Source: Nitrospirales bacterium
GTDB lineage: Bacteria; Nitrospirota; Nitrospiria; Nitrospirales; UBA8639
Direction of reading: 5' to 3'
Assembly: GCA_965203295.1 (NCBI GenBank)
Contig: CBDBCZ010000013.1
Location: 384,001-448,000 of the forward strand
DNA length: 64,000 bases
In this document: positions 21,801-34,060 of the stretch, piece after piece
Position numbering within the stretch: the first letter of the stretch is position 1
How the letters are laid out: each line of letters opens with the position of its first letter
Position numbers and translations under genes: made by a program
The notes under the pieces: generated by a model
Databases searched by the model: none
What the model was told of the DNA's origin: nothing
Seen by the model: the letters and a program-made list of their open reading frames with translations, nothing else

Positions 21801-24694
21801 TGGGTGTGCAGTTTAGTATGGGGGCGTGGTACGGATTGTGGTGGGTGTGGTTGGAAAGATGTAGGGATGGTAGCTACGCGGTAAATGCATTGCGATGTGA
21901 TGTGTGGGTAGTCTGCACATGCATTGCGGTGTGCATTGTCGCTTGTTTCATTGGTTTTTGGGGAAGTGTTTTTTGGTGGAAGTGCATCCCTACATGACTT
22001 GTTTTTGCACTTTTTGGCAAAGTGCTTTTTCTGTAACTTGTTTTGGGATGTTTTTTGGAGGTGGCAACAAATGTGTAAGTGTGAATGTGTGTGGTGGATG
22101 GTGTTGGAATGGAACGTGTTTGAGGATGTTGTGTGTAGTAGGATTTCAATTTGTGCTCCAGTTGGCATCAGGAAGGCCTTTGCCTGCATGTGTATGGGGG
22201 GATGGTACTTTGCATGCAGTATGCCTAATTATTTAAGGGCAAGATGGTAAAGGCAGTTACCAGGGCAGCTTTTCGTGCTAGCTAGAGCGGAAAGAAAAGG
22301 GCAGCCACACGTGCCAGTTACATAGCTGACCATGACAAGAGACCTTGTAATTTCAAGACCAGCAATCACATGAAGGAATGCAAGACCCTTGCTTTCATGC
22401 ACTTTCACTCTTCCACTCGAGTCTGGACGTGGTATACATGATTTCCAAGGCTTTCCTGCCCGTGATCGTATTCTCCATAGCAAGTGAACAACAGTAGCTC
22501 ATGATACAAACAGAATTCCTCCGCTCGAACACCCCCTCACTTAGCTACCCTACTATTAAATCATCATCCCATTCTTAAACAGTACCTATGGCCAGAAGCC
22601 GTTTGGACTTGGGTCAACCAACCTAACTTTATAATCAGCCATGCGATTAAGTGTATTTTAGCTAAAAAATCTTGTAACTTACGCACTGATGAACCTGGAG
22701 ATGCAGCTTAGCAGCTGGCACGATCAAAGGTAGGCGTTAAATAGACGAACACGCGAAGTCGGAACGGAACGGAACGGAACAGTTGTCATTAAATGGCGTG
22801 GAACGGCAAGCGTCCATTCAAGAGTACTCGTGAATCACTGCTGAACCTATTCGATTTCTTTGAAAAAGTTATGATGCGAGTGCAATACCCCAGAGAATTA
22901 CCAGCCTTTTCGCGCTTGAATTATTGTGATCGCGTTAGCCATTATCGTGCTAGCCTGGCTGAAGAAGAAGAAGCAGAAGCAGAAGCAGAAGAAGATGTAC
23001 TAATACGCCCCGCCCCCCCCCCCAATGTGTCGACTTGCCGGTCTGGTACTCCAGCGAAGGTTTCTAGCAACGCCAACAGTCTTGTTGCTGATAAAAACAC
23101 TTGAGATGTCATTGTATGGCTCATAAAAGCCTATGACTATAATCAGAGCCGAGTTCTGAACGTATGATTTTGTACGCGTTATATAGGGCCGCCATTTTTT
23201 TCCGTGCCATCCCTACATATGGAGTACTACCGTACTCCATGATAGCTGGGCACTCTGTCTCAGTGTACAGCCTTTGAAATGAAGTATAATTCATTAATTT
23301 CTGAATCAGTGGATATACAGCTAATTGATGGCTTTTACAAGCCATTCAAGGTTTAGATGTAATACATAATATTGTTTCATTCACTTGTATCTAGGACTAC
23401 TTACACTCATGGCCTTTGCAATCTACATTATGTGGTTGAGGACAAAGTCAATCCTATACTCTTGGAATGTCATCAGACAATGAATGCAATTGCTGCTATC
23501 ACTTAACTATTTAGCAAATAATACGTCTGCAGAATTTTTGTGTGAAGCATTTAAAAACTTCAGTATAATATTATAATAAACATAATTTTACGAAGCAAAA
23601 CTTATTGCAAAGGCATAGCCTTAGACTACTGGACCACCATAAGACTGATGATAGCAGTGGGAGTGAAACTTATTAACATTCAACAGCTGCTTTGTGCATC
23701 CACAAAATATGTGGTCATGTAGAGGAACTTAGTTGCATAATAGCAATTGAAAGGTAATGATGCAGTACTGATACCATAAGTACATATCAATCTTCCCTCT
23801 CCCAACTCCCCCTCCCCCTACACACACACACCTGCCTGCATAGCTGGGCCTTACCTAATTGCCTGCGATGATGACAGAATGTTTTGGATGGTAAACCCTG
23901 ACAATAATTACGCAGTGGAAGCGACACGAGATATCAAACAAGCCTCTGCTTTTTTCGTCTTTCCGAATGAAGATGGCGGCCATCCCTATGAATTCAACAT
24001 CGGTTACTACGATGACGACCGTAAAGTACGAAAGCGCAAGGCAAGTATCCTGTCTGCTTCATGTCCAGGAGTAGACCCCATTCCTCGCTACCTGCACACC
24101 CCAGTTAACATTATTGGTGGGAACTTTGGTCCGCTACACATGAAAAACTACATGCTGGAGTGCCAATCGAGACTCACCCTCCACAGCCGTCTGCTCAAGC
24201 ACTACAATCCTGTCGATATCACTCCATGGGTGAGCGGGCGAGATGCCTTCTTCATCAATTGCGCTCGAAGGAGAGTCAAGCGAGACGGCTACATCTGTGT
24301 CAAATTGGTGGCTGGTCAAAGAGGAGGGAGGCCAGAACTCCGAACAGGATGCGTGCCCACCAAAAGAAGGCACAATGAACGTAACACATGGATGCTCTTT
24401 CGCCTCCTCCCAATTTCGCTCCGAAACAAACCAGTAGTACCTGCTGGTGACCGCAATGAACCAGATGTTCTGTCCAACGTGGATGTGGAACTGGCACAGT
24501 ACGGGGCCCTCGACTTCACTCCTGAGCCTCAGGAAAAGAGTAGTGGGGCTGCTGTCAACTTTAAATCTGGCAGCAAGACTGCCAAGTTACTGCCAAGCCC
24601 GAACGAAAAGCCCCTCGAGAAAACTGCTGAGTCCACCCCCCTCCCTGGAGCTGCTGTGGAGCTCCAACAGCTGGCCAGCCATCAGCAACAGTAG
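18806..24694 (+). CDS. MACPF-like pore-forming domain + probable beta-trefoil protein, paralogue A (exons 18806-19161, 20320-21134, 23844-24694; 673 aa)
   Basis: Exons splice in phase (2022 nt). GLGRGVDAT, EFVQVFRVTHYVSAIELGA (variant of MACPF Y/W-G-T-H-Y/F-x6-GG), QPICNLV..LKKALLEY; three-fold beta-rich repeat in exon 3; no signal peptide. Confidence 0.8.
21212..22230. mobile_element. Intronic AC/GT-skewed insertion containing a ~197-bp perfect inverted duplication
   Basis: 21215-21410 is the reverse complement of 21834-22030; atttaagg flanks both sides (21204-21211, 22231-22238); absent from intron 2 of paralogue B. Confidence 0.65.
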
Positions 24695-25470
24695 CTCTAT
24701 GATGTAAGAGTAGTATTGATTTAGAAGTCATGCACATACTAAATATACGTATACATATACTGCTCTAGCTTCTTTATACATTTTGTATGCTGGTTGCGTG
24801 TAGCTAACTTATTATTGAGTAGTCTTAACTCGCACACGTAATAAAAAGTCTGTTTTGCTTTTAATTATCGTTCTCATGTGTTCCATTTTATACTGACGCT
24901 ATGCATTGATTGATGCCAAAACACCAAGGCATGGGATGATGAGATTAGTGAAAATAATAATCTTCTCCTGTTGCTGCCGTAGTGCATTCACCAGTGATCA
25001 CATACCCACATGTGCAGGTGGAGCTTGTATATCCAGTCAGTGGACGAGATCGTGAGTAACTACATATATCACCATCCTGATTACAATATAGATACTATCC
25101 CAGATCAATACACGTTATAAAAACTCTTCTTAACTAGTCCTATTAAAGCCTTACTTGTCCCAATTTTCACACCCTAAAATACAGCCTGATTATTGTACGA
25201 ACTTCTTCAAAACTCTTCCAACAGATGTTGCACTGCCTATCATCATTTTACCCCTATGTCTTCCTAACTCTTCATTCAAACCATTAATACCCGACCTAAA
25301 CTCTAAACCTAAACATAAACCGTGTCTGGGATCCCCGACACCTTGTTAAACCTCTTTTAACTTTGCATTGTAGAGACTAAATTTTGAGTGTAATGTTCAC
25401 TGATAATTTTGTAGGTTTAACTACTAATGCTGAGGACTAATGCTGAGGATGAAGGAGTGTGGCAGTGGGG

Positions 25471-25536
25471 CAGCCTCATATTCAGGCCTTCCCCGCACTC
25501 GCAAAAATAAACGGGGAAGGCCTAGGTACGAGGCTA
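25471..25536. mobile_element. AcademH-like mini-MITE (66 bp)
   Basis: (C)AGCCTC...GAGGCTA imperfect palindrome with 9-bp TSD gcagtgggg. Confidence 0.75.
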
Positions 25537-27459
25537 GCAGTGGGGTATCTATGCTTGCTTTATAGAAGACCAGATGTACTGATACCTGTGCGATTTATTA
25601 TGCAGTTGAGGTTGTGCTTCCATTCTATAGAATCTTAGTGCATCGGACATCCAACAAAACTAACAACTTAAGAGTATAGAGACTGTAGAGACAGTATGCA
25701 TGGCAAGAAGAATGAAATTAGTAACTGAAGTAGCAGAGACTATACTGCTGTTGAGTGGAAGCAGGAAGCCCTGAGTTGGAAAGATGGTTGCAGCCTTTCC
25801 TCTCTCTGAAACTTTACCGCCACTGACAGCCTCACTCCATTCCCGCCACCCCCATGCACAAATAACTTACAGATCAAAGATCGAGTTTGTACCACTGTGT
25901 TAGCTATATAGTATTATGACCAGAATTGTTTTATGTAACAGACAAATTTAAACCTGAATATCTACTAGCTAAGAGCTCCAACTCCTTAATACACAGTAAT
26001 AATCTAGCTTCTTATTTCGGATTTTATCATTTCATCATTTTGAGGTCAGTATATAGGTTACCAGTGTGACCTTGGTTACGGTTCCCAAAACAGGGAAGTC
26101 CCCTAAATGGCATAGAAAAGTACATTATAATTTAATCGATTAGTATAGAACATCCTTTACCATGGTATATATAGCTACTTTGGTATACAGAGCAATAAAG
26201 AAGTGCAATAGTGATGGCATTGAGTTCTATTTTGCTGTATATAGAAGTGAGAGTGCTGTTATGGGATTTTCTACAGAGACAATATTTGGGATAGTCATGT
26301 AGAAACTATTCAAAATTACAATGCAAGTAAACGACATAGAAAAGTACTACATGCAGATGAAGTCAGCAACTTCATATGCAGCAGTCATATTATCTGTTAT
26401 ATACAAAAATACCACATCCTACATACATAAATCTATGAAGAGACCAAAAAGCAGTCCTTTCTTATTTCTTGTAATTCTTCACAGAAATAGTTCAGTTCAT
26501 CAATTTCTGTTTCCAGAGCTTTTAACCGTTGCGTCATCTATTGGTACCAGAACAAATTTATTTTAATGGTGCAGAACAAATGTACATATTGGCAGTGGTG
26601 CTGCATGTGAAATCTTGATGAAGTGTCGAACTGCACTGGGATTTTATGACGGAAGCTGTAAGTTTGTATGCAGTGTATATTGTATAGCACGACTAATGTG
26701 CCACACATTTTATTCAGATGCAATGAGCATGCAGGTCTAGAGGCACATACAGGCTGTGTGCTGTGTGTTTACGTGTGCAAGGAAATCAACTTTTCAACAG
26801 ACTATATAGTTGACAATAGAATTTCTTAATTTGGCAGTCCAGCTGTGCCCCCAAAGGTTGTATGGCCCTCACCGAAACTAAAATGTAAGCAGCAGCTTAC
26901 TCTACTCTGTATTGTGCATGAGCTTTACTAGGATGCTTTGTAGAGATAATACAAAAAATTTAATGTCATACATTTATATGGAGAATGGAATAAAATTACC
27001 CCAGGCAGATTTTCAATAGCAGTGTGTATTATTTTATGGAAACAGAACACATGTATTCTGTAGGAAGTTAGATATGTATTTGAGAAAACTACAAACTGTC
27101 CACTGAAATGTCAATTTAGTGGAGCTGCACTGTATACGTAGATTACCACATAATATATTCATGGCTGTAGCTATATAATCCTGGTTTGCCAAGAAAAAGA
27201 CGAGTACACCTCTAAAGACAAGCTTTTGTAAAGACATGCACATAGTGCTAGTGTACGGTTCAATCCCCAGCTGGGTCCCGATTTTTCGGGATTTGTTTAC
27301 TCTCTCAGAAAGCTTATCTTCTCACAAAAGTTTGCAATGTATTAATTCCTAAGTGGAGCATACCCATTAACCCACATGGAGGTTAGCTTGCTCAAATATT
27401 ATTGCTATTCACATTGACTATTTATACTGATGTTTTCTTTGTACCATAGAAAACAAGAA

Positions 27460-30400
27460 CCTTTCTTGCCTTTTTTACATTGTCCTGTTCCATACGTATC
27501 ATTTCTCCAAATGCATTTTCAAAAGAGCTGAGACCTTCTTTCACCCATCTGCTGTACTCAGCATGAAAGCCCTGTGTAGGAAGAAATTTTTTCAATGGTA
27601 TTACAATGTGGCTACCACATGTACAGTAATTAGGATGATTACATATATACTAGGTGAATGCAAAGCATTGTGGGGCGAGCGTGAGCGAGGTATTAGCCCA
27701 TGCGTACGTTAGCGGCGATGCGCCCTCAGCAGCTCTTTGGCTCCTTCTCTCGTCTCAGTGTCACTTGTCGGTGGCCTGGAGAAATGACAGCTCTTCTCAG
27801 TGGCTCTAGAACTCGCTCTCTGCTGTTCCAATGCGACTTATCGCCAACCTGGGGATATATACGGCAACGCTATAGCCTCTGTCGCTGCAGTCTACTCTGT
27901 GAGAGCATCCCTAAGCTAGCTTCACTGCAGCCACCGTGGCCACGTGAACAATTTGGAATATTACGGAAACTATTTGAAACGTTATATTGAAACGCGAAAC
28001 GATATGCGGTAGTGCGTACGTACGTACGCACGCACGCACGCACACCGTACGCACAGACAAATTCTCCATTGAACACACTAGTGTGGGGCTCGCTCACGCT
28101 CGCCCAATCAGACTAAGTGTTGACCTATGTAAGAGTTTCAGGGACATGCTAGAAAGCGCCAAAATAGTACTTTTACGCTCCCTTAGCCATTACAAGTAAA
28201 ACTGTATTACGTACATACTTCAACAACTACTTTCTGAATCCCATCATCACCAAAAAAATACTGGTCAGATCTCTTCAGTAGGAAGTCTGTGAGGGCATCA
28301 AACATTCGCTCAATGTCTTCTGGGCTATAAAAGAGAAATTAAAATATATAACACTGTATTACTTTAGTTGCAAAAAGTTTAGATGTGAATTATTCTTGAA
28401 CCCTTCATAAGTGTAATGCTTTGGCATCTCATTTCACAAGGATGGTGTCTTGGCTCTTTTTGCTATACTCATAGGTTTTGTTAATTAATTCCTCTCTTAC
28501 TAGGCATGTAATTGACTTTCTTCTAAATCATTCTCATACACACTGCCTTCCTTTATGGGCTGTACCAACTTCCATAGCCATGCAGTTAGTTGTATGCTTG
28601 GGTTTAAGTTACAAAACATACCAGGCTGTCCTATTAGGGCCTAGTCTTCTAAACTGAAACTAAAGATTCAAATTTAGGTACTCCTTATCATGGAGCACTG
28701 TGGTACTCTCCAATTACCACTGTTTACAACATCTACAAAGCATAAACTTTTGCTCTAGATGTATAGTCACAAGCCTTAATGGTTATATAATTTTCCCTTT
28801 CACTGCTGAGTTTCCACTTCCTTTTGAAGGCATTTTTTTAATAGGCAGTAAACGCATTTGTAACACACATAGCCTCAGAGCTACAAACCATAAACTAAAG
28901 ACTGAATAAGAACAAAATGAATATTGTATCTTTTTGGAATATGTCCTTTTATTTTCGTAAATTTAAATTATTTTTTTCCTGGTAATGTGTACCTAATGGT
29001 ATTCAGAAGAACAATTACCTATTCAATGAACTGCATGGTACAGGATATTGTCCTCAGAAATAAAACCCACATTTTGTGGCAAAGAGTGCTCTCTAACCAC
29101 ATAGGAAAGAGTAACATGCAAAATTTAAATCTAGTGTAGATAAAGTTGTAGTCAGGTACTACCAATGTTGATACAACATGAATATCCCATTATTGCACAG
29201 CTCGGTACATATACATCTATTATGTGTCTATCGTTTATATACCTGACTGGAATTTTGTCCATATCGGGACCACTGGAGAGCAGTGCTTCCTTCACAGTAT
29301 CTGGATCTCCATGGTCTGGCACATTCAAAAAGACTCTGCAAAAGAAAATAAATAGCATATTATTATGTAGCTTTGAGTACAATGAGAAAGGAAGGAGTTG
29401 CGTGGTAAGTATTCAAATTAATGGATGCTGCAAGTTTACAGATCCCAAGATACAGGGGCAGCTTTCACAATAGTAGTAACTGAAAGAGCTCTAAAATCAG
29501 CTGAGTATTGTTTTATTGCAACTGATATGGTCCTGGCTTTCAAGGGAATGTTCATATGGTCTGTTATGGGATACACTAATTATTACTCTTCATTAATTGG
29601 TACCTTATAGCAGCCTTGAATTTGTCCCACCAGTTCCATTCAATCACCTCCCTTTAGAATAACAAAAATTGGCCATCAAGAGTCAAAACATATATAATGC
29701 TATGTGAATGTCCAATCAGTCTATGCATTGTTCAGCATGGACCACACTGCCAAATATGAATTAAGGTAAGTGAGCAGGGATGCGTGTAAGCATGTCTGAT
29801 GAGAGATAAGGTAACTAAATATGGGGAGGAACGTATATTCCTAACACCACACTTCAGCACTAATATGTACAAGCTTGCAACTACTGATCATGTTGGTAAT
29901 GTTTACTTACTGCATTACATCAACTTACGGTGCTTCCAATCTGTGCTCCTTCAAAAATCTTTCTAAGATCAGTGAATCCTTTATCTCACCAATCACTGAA
30001 TCCAGCGTTGCACCTGGAATTATTGGCAGTGTTAGCAATTTCCTCATGACTTTATGTATTAGTTACTGCAATATGCAGAAGCTCTAAAAGTGCATGGCTA
30101 GAAAAAAAGTAAATATATTTTGATGCTGAGACTGTACTTAAAACTGTTATGATTTGTCAAATGAAACTTTGATTAAAACAATGTGATTAATTGTTTTCTG
30201 TGATCCTGGCCCCATACTCTCCGTATACTATTATTATAACACACCAATACAGATACAAGGTTGAATCTAGACTAATACTAAGTAGAAATATCGATTAGTA
30301 GCAATGTCAAGCTTTTATTTCTAGTACCACTGTGGTGTTTTCCATCACTACTGTAGTGACAGACCACTATCTCCATGGTATGAGGTCATAATACACAATG

Positions 30401-33400
30401 GTATTGTCCTCCCACCCACATGCTCATTGAACTTCCAGTGTGATGAGGAACAACAAATGGTATTGTTGTGGCCTAACATAGTTATTATACCAAGTGAAAA
30501 AAACAAAAAATATGTTACCTTTTTATTTATCAAATTTTTTGATGTTATGCAAATAAATATTTACTTTTATTAGGCTACAAGTGAAATACTTGTCCCTTTA
30601 CTACACAATTCTGCAAGTGTTTTACCTATAAAGTAGAGCTACGTACTAGTAAGTTTGTCTCTCCCAAACTAAAAAGCTTGACAGGGCACTAATTAGGTTA
30701 ATAAAATGCTAAGCCAATTGTACCTTGTGGTTTCCATGTCTTGTTCTTTTTGTGTGTTGGTAGATCACAAGCAGCATCTTTCATCACCCTGAACTGATCG
30801 GGCACATAAGTGGACACGTATGCCTTGCACACCTGGCGAGTTTGCTCGATGCATCCATCCTTCACCACATCTTGGACGGCTGGTGAAAGTATTTCTTTAA
30901 CAAACCTGTTAATGCCTGGAGAGATAAGGGACAATAATTAATGATAGGATTAATGAATCAGAGTAAAACCACCTAAAGCCATATAAATACATCTGAATAT
31001 TAACAGAAATGTTGACTTCATTAGGTACACATATATTTCTGTCCAGGTTCTTGTGGATGTTGTTTCTTCTTACTCACTAAGTACTTTTCTTTTTTTTGTC
31101 TGCATTGCAAACAGCAGGTATAATGGATTATATTATATGTGTACTAGCATCAAACTATAAGCACACGGTGTAGCTATTATCATGACCACATATGAGATTA
31201 TTATTATTTGGACCAAATTGGCTACCCTATCTGTGTACATCTTTAATCAACTGCAGGACATGCACGATGCTTGGGATTCTGTAAGAATGGGTCTCAAACT
31301 AAAGTCTAGTGAGTCAAACAATCTATGTTGCTCTTTGTTTTACAACAGTTGTAAGTGCATGCTGCTACAGTCTTAGTGTATTCATATCTGTTTGTTATGT
31401 TTGTAGGCTGAGAAAAGAACATCCAAATAGGTGGCATAGTCGGGTGTCTCATATCTCTCTCCATCTACCCTCGTAGCTTACTAAACAGAAGCTAGCATGC
31501 AGACAATAATTCTACTACTGGTATATTTGCAAGCTAAGTGACATTACCATCATTGAGACGACATGTGGAGTATGGTCCCTTTATTTGACTCATTGCCCTT
31601 CGGCAATCCTCCCGACAAGTTTCCTTGAGAATAGTCAAATGCCGTGGGATCAATTCCTTGACTTTAGCACATGGCTTCTGTAGAGTATAACAGATTTATT
31701 CTTGCTTACCAGTTGACAACATCATCACATCTGCATAGTTGTCTAGTATAACATTATGTACATTATGTAGACTGAAGTAATGCAAAAATACCTCTGCTTC
31801 ATGAGTGTATTTATGAAGAAGGAGTTGGTAGACTTTACTGTCTTTTCCAGTGACAGTGTTTTGAAGTTCCCTCTTCTTGTCATGAATAATTTTGAGGCAG
31901 TGTTGAATATGAGCAACCTTTGCTCTAGTGGCTGTTGAAATGATGGCAAAGGGATTAGTAATAGCCCTTAAGTTGCTTTAAGGGTGCACTAGGTCACAGA
32001 CCAGACTATATACCTAGCAGTTCACCACCAAAAATATATCAGATACCAACCAGCAGCACTGCAGGAACACAGGTATAATAAGGACTGGGCCCGCAGTGTA
32101 GTTTACATACATTCAACATGCAGCTATCAAGCACAAAAAGTTTTGAAGTTATACAAAACATTTCTTAGCACCTACTTTAACAATCCATAGCCCAACGCAT
32201 GGTTATTCCTATATTCCAAACAGTACAACAAAAGCTCCAAGGTGATAAATACTGCCCAGGTACAAAGAAAAGGGGGCGTATAAATATTGTTTGTCATGAA
32301 GGAGGTGTACACAGAGTGATAAAACTTAATATACCATGTGATTCTTGGGTGAAAACTAAGAAAATTTATATAGGGTTCTCTATTTTCAGTTTCTGTGAGG
32401 AAGTATGGCCAATACAAAAGTATAAACAATTTATGTGGGGCATTATGGAGGCATGTGAAAATGGTGTCTCAGGCAGCTAGCTACATGCCTGCCGCCTTCA
32501 AGCCTGTGGCTCAACAAGGGACAGAGATCTGGATAAGTCCACCACATGTTACCAAGGGAGGTTCATTACCACTCCCAGGTAGTAGAGTGTATGTAGCTTC
32601 AATATGAGTAGAGATATCAGCACTAGAAACGAATGGCACGATCAAGCAATGCGAATGTGACTTTTAAGCAGTGTATCCGAGTTTAACTTTAGCCAGACAC
32701 ATGCTTATATGCATCCTAGCAACACATTTGTGACAGTAACAACTCAATCCTTTGACGTGGGCACTGGGCCATACCTAACTGCTCTGGTAGCCACCCTTGA
32801 GCACTCACCTGTAACTAATTCGCTTGCTACAAATCTGTTATAGCAATCCTTCAGCTTCACCTCAGCCAATAAATCACTAAACTGCTTCCACCTCATGCTA
32901 TATACAATCTATTTTTAACCGACTCAGGTGGTGGAGGGTTTGGAACAGTGATGAGACGATTCTGTGTATGTGTGTACGTGTGTGCATTTTTAATGACTGT
33001 ACTCACTTTTGTACTGTGTTTGTTTTTCCATCAGGTCATCTCCGAGTTCCTTCATAGCCTCTTTGAGCCAGTAGTGAACCTTGCTGGAGGCACTTTTGCA
33101 AACCACAGAATCACACTGCTCAATAACTTTTGCAATGCTGCAAGGAAGAAATGCATATTTATCCCAGTCATAAACACATAACGTTCACACACCCAGGCAC
33201 TCATATATACTTCTCAGCTAATGGCTGTTTCTTCGGAATCCAATACCATGCATGATACACAATACATAGAATCATGATGGAAATAGAGAGACACGGCTAT
33301 AGCAACAGGGTCACTTTACAGGACTAGGTAATAGTTGAAAATAATGGCAGCCTCGTGTTAACATCCTGGGAAAAGAGTCCTTCTTTCCGAGATATGTTTT

Positions 33401-34030
33401 TGGTTGTTGTAAGACTACCATTATTTTCAGTATAAAATAGCAATGAATTCACCAAACTTATAACTGCTAATGACGTTTATTATTCGTAGGGTATAGTAGA
33501 AATGTAAAAATATGATTGGGGTTCTGTGTGAAAACATCACTCCAAGGAGATCCTATTGCGGATTTTAATGCCATCTGCCTGATCTTCTACAAGCAATTCA
33601 TGAGATACTATTTAATGAGTAATGCCTGCTAATGAAATGGACAAAACTATATTTCCAGAATTCTAGGCTACTAGCAGTTTCATAATTATCTTACAACATT
33701 GCAAAAATCAATGAAGGGCATGATTTTCCTTGAGAGGTTCCAGATCTTAAGACTAAGTGGCAGTGAGTTCTTATCATAGTCTGCTACGACTTGTAGCTCA
33801 ATCACACTTGAATCTGACAACACTTGCGAGTTCTTTTGAGCTCTGCAGGGAGTTTAGTCAAGCCTCTCTCTATTTTCCCTATGCAAGCTGTAAATGATTT
33901 TCACAATGACATACTTAAAACATAATATTCCTGTGGGAAAGGGTTTAAATAGTGTGTACTGAGCAATAGTATATATGTTTTGGGCTACTTCAGCACAAAA
34001 TTCATTCTTCATCAAATTTTCTGCTACTCT
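27460..34030 (-). CDS. Putative downstream helical exons of the dynamin-like GTPase, possibly partly pseudogenised
   Basis: AG/GT-bounded open segments near 33930-34028, 30722-30915, 29203-29335, 28218-28325, 27460-27575; I could not keep one frame through 33700-33890. Confidence 0.4.
27672..28106. mobile_element. MITE or Helentron-like element with GGGCGAGCGTGAGCGAG inverted termini
   Basis: 17-bp inverted repeats at 27673-27689 and 28089-28105; internal (GTAC)/(GCAC) microsatellite ~28015-28045. Confidence 0.65.
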
Positions 34031-34060
34031 GTGTGGTACAAACATGCACCTACGTATACC

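Noticed and set aside
22730..23260. (GGAAC)n, (GAAGCA)n and ORF 22793-23104
   Set aside because: Intronic repeat debris; no termini, TSD or domain could be defined.
27245..27290. tRNA gene (GGTTCAATCCC B-box; similar reversed motif near 50385-50415)
   Set aside because: No cloverleaf or A-box; at most SINE remnants.
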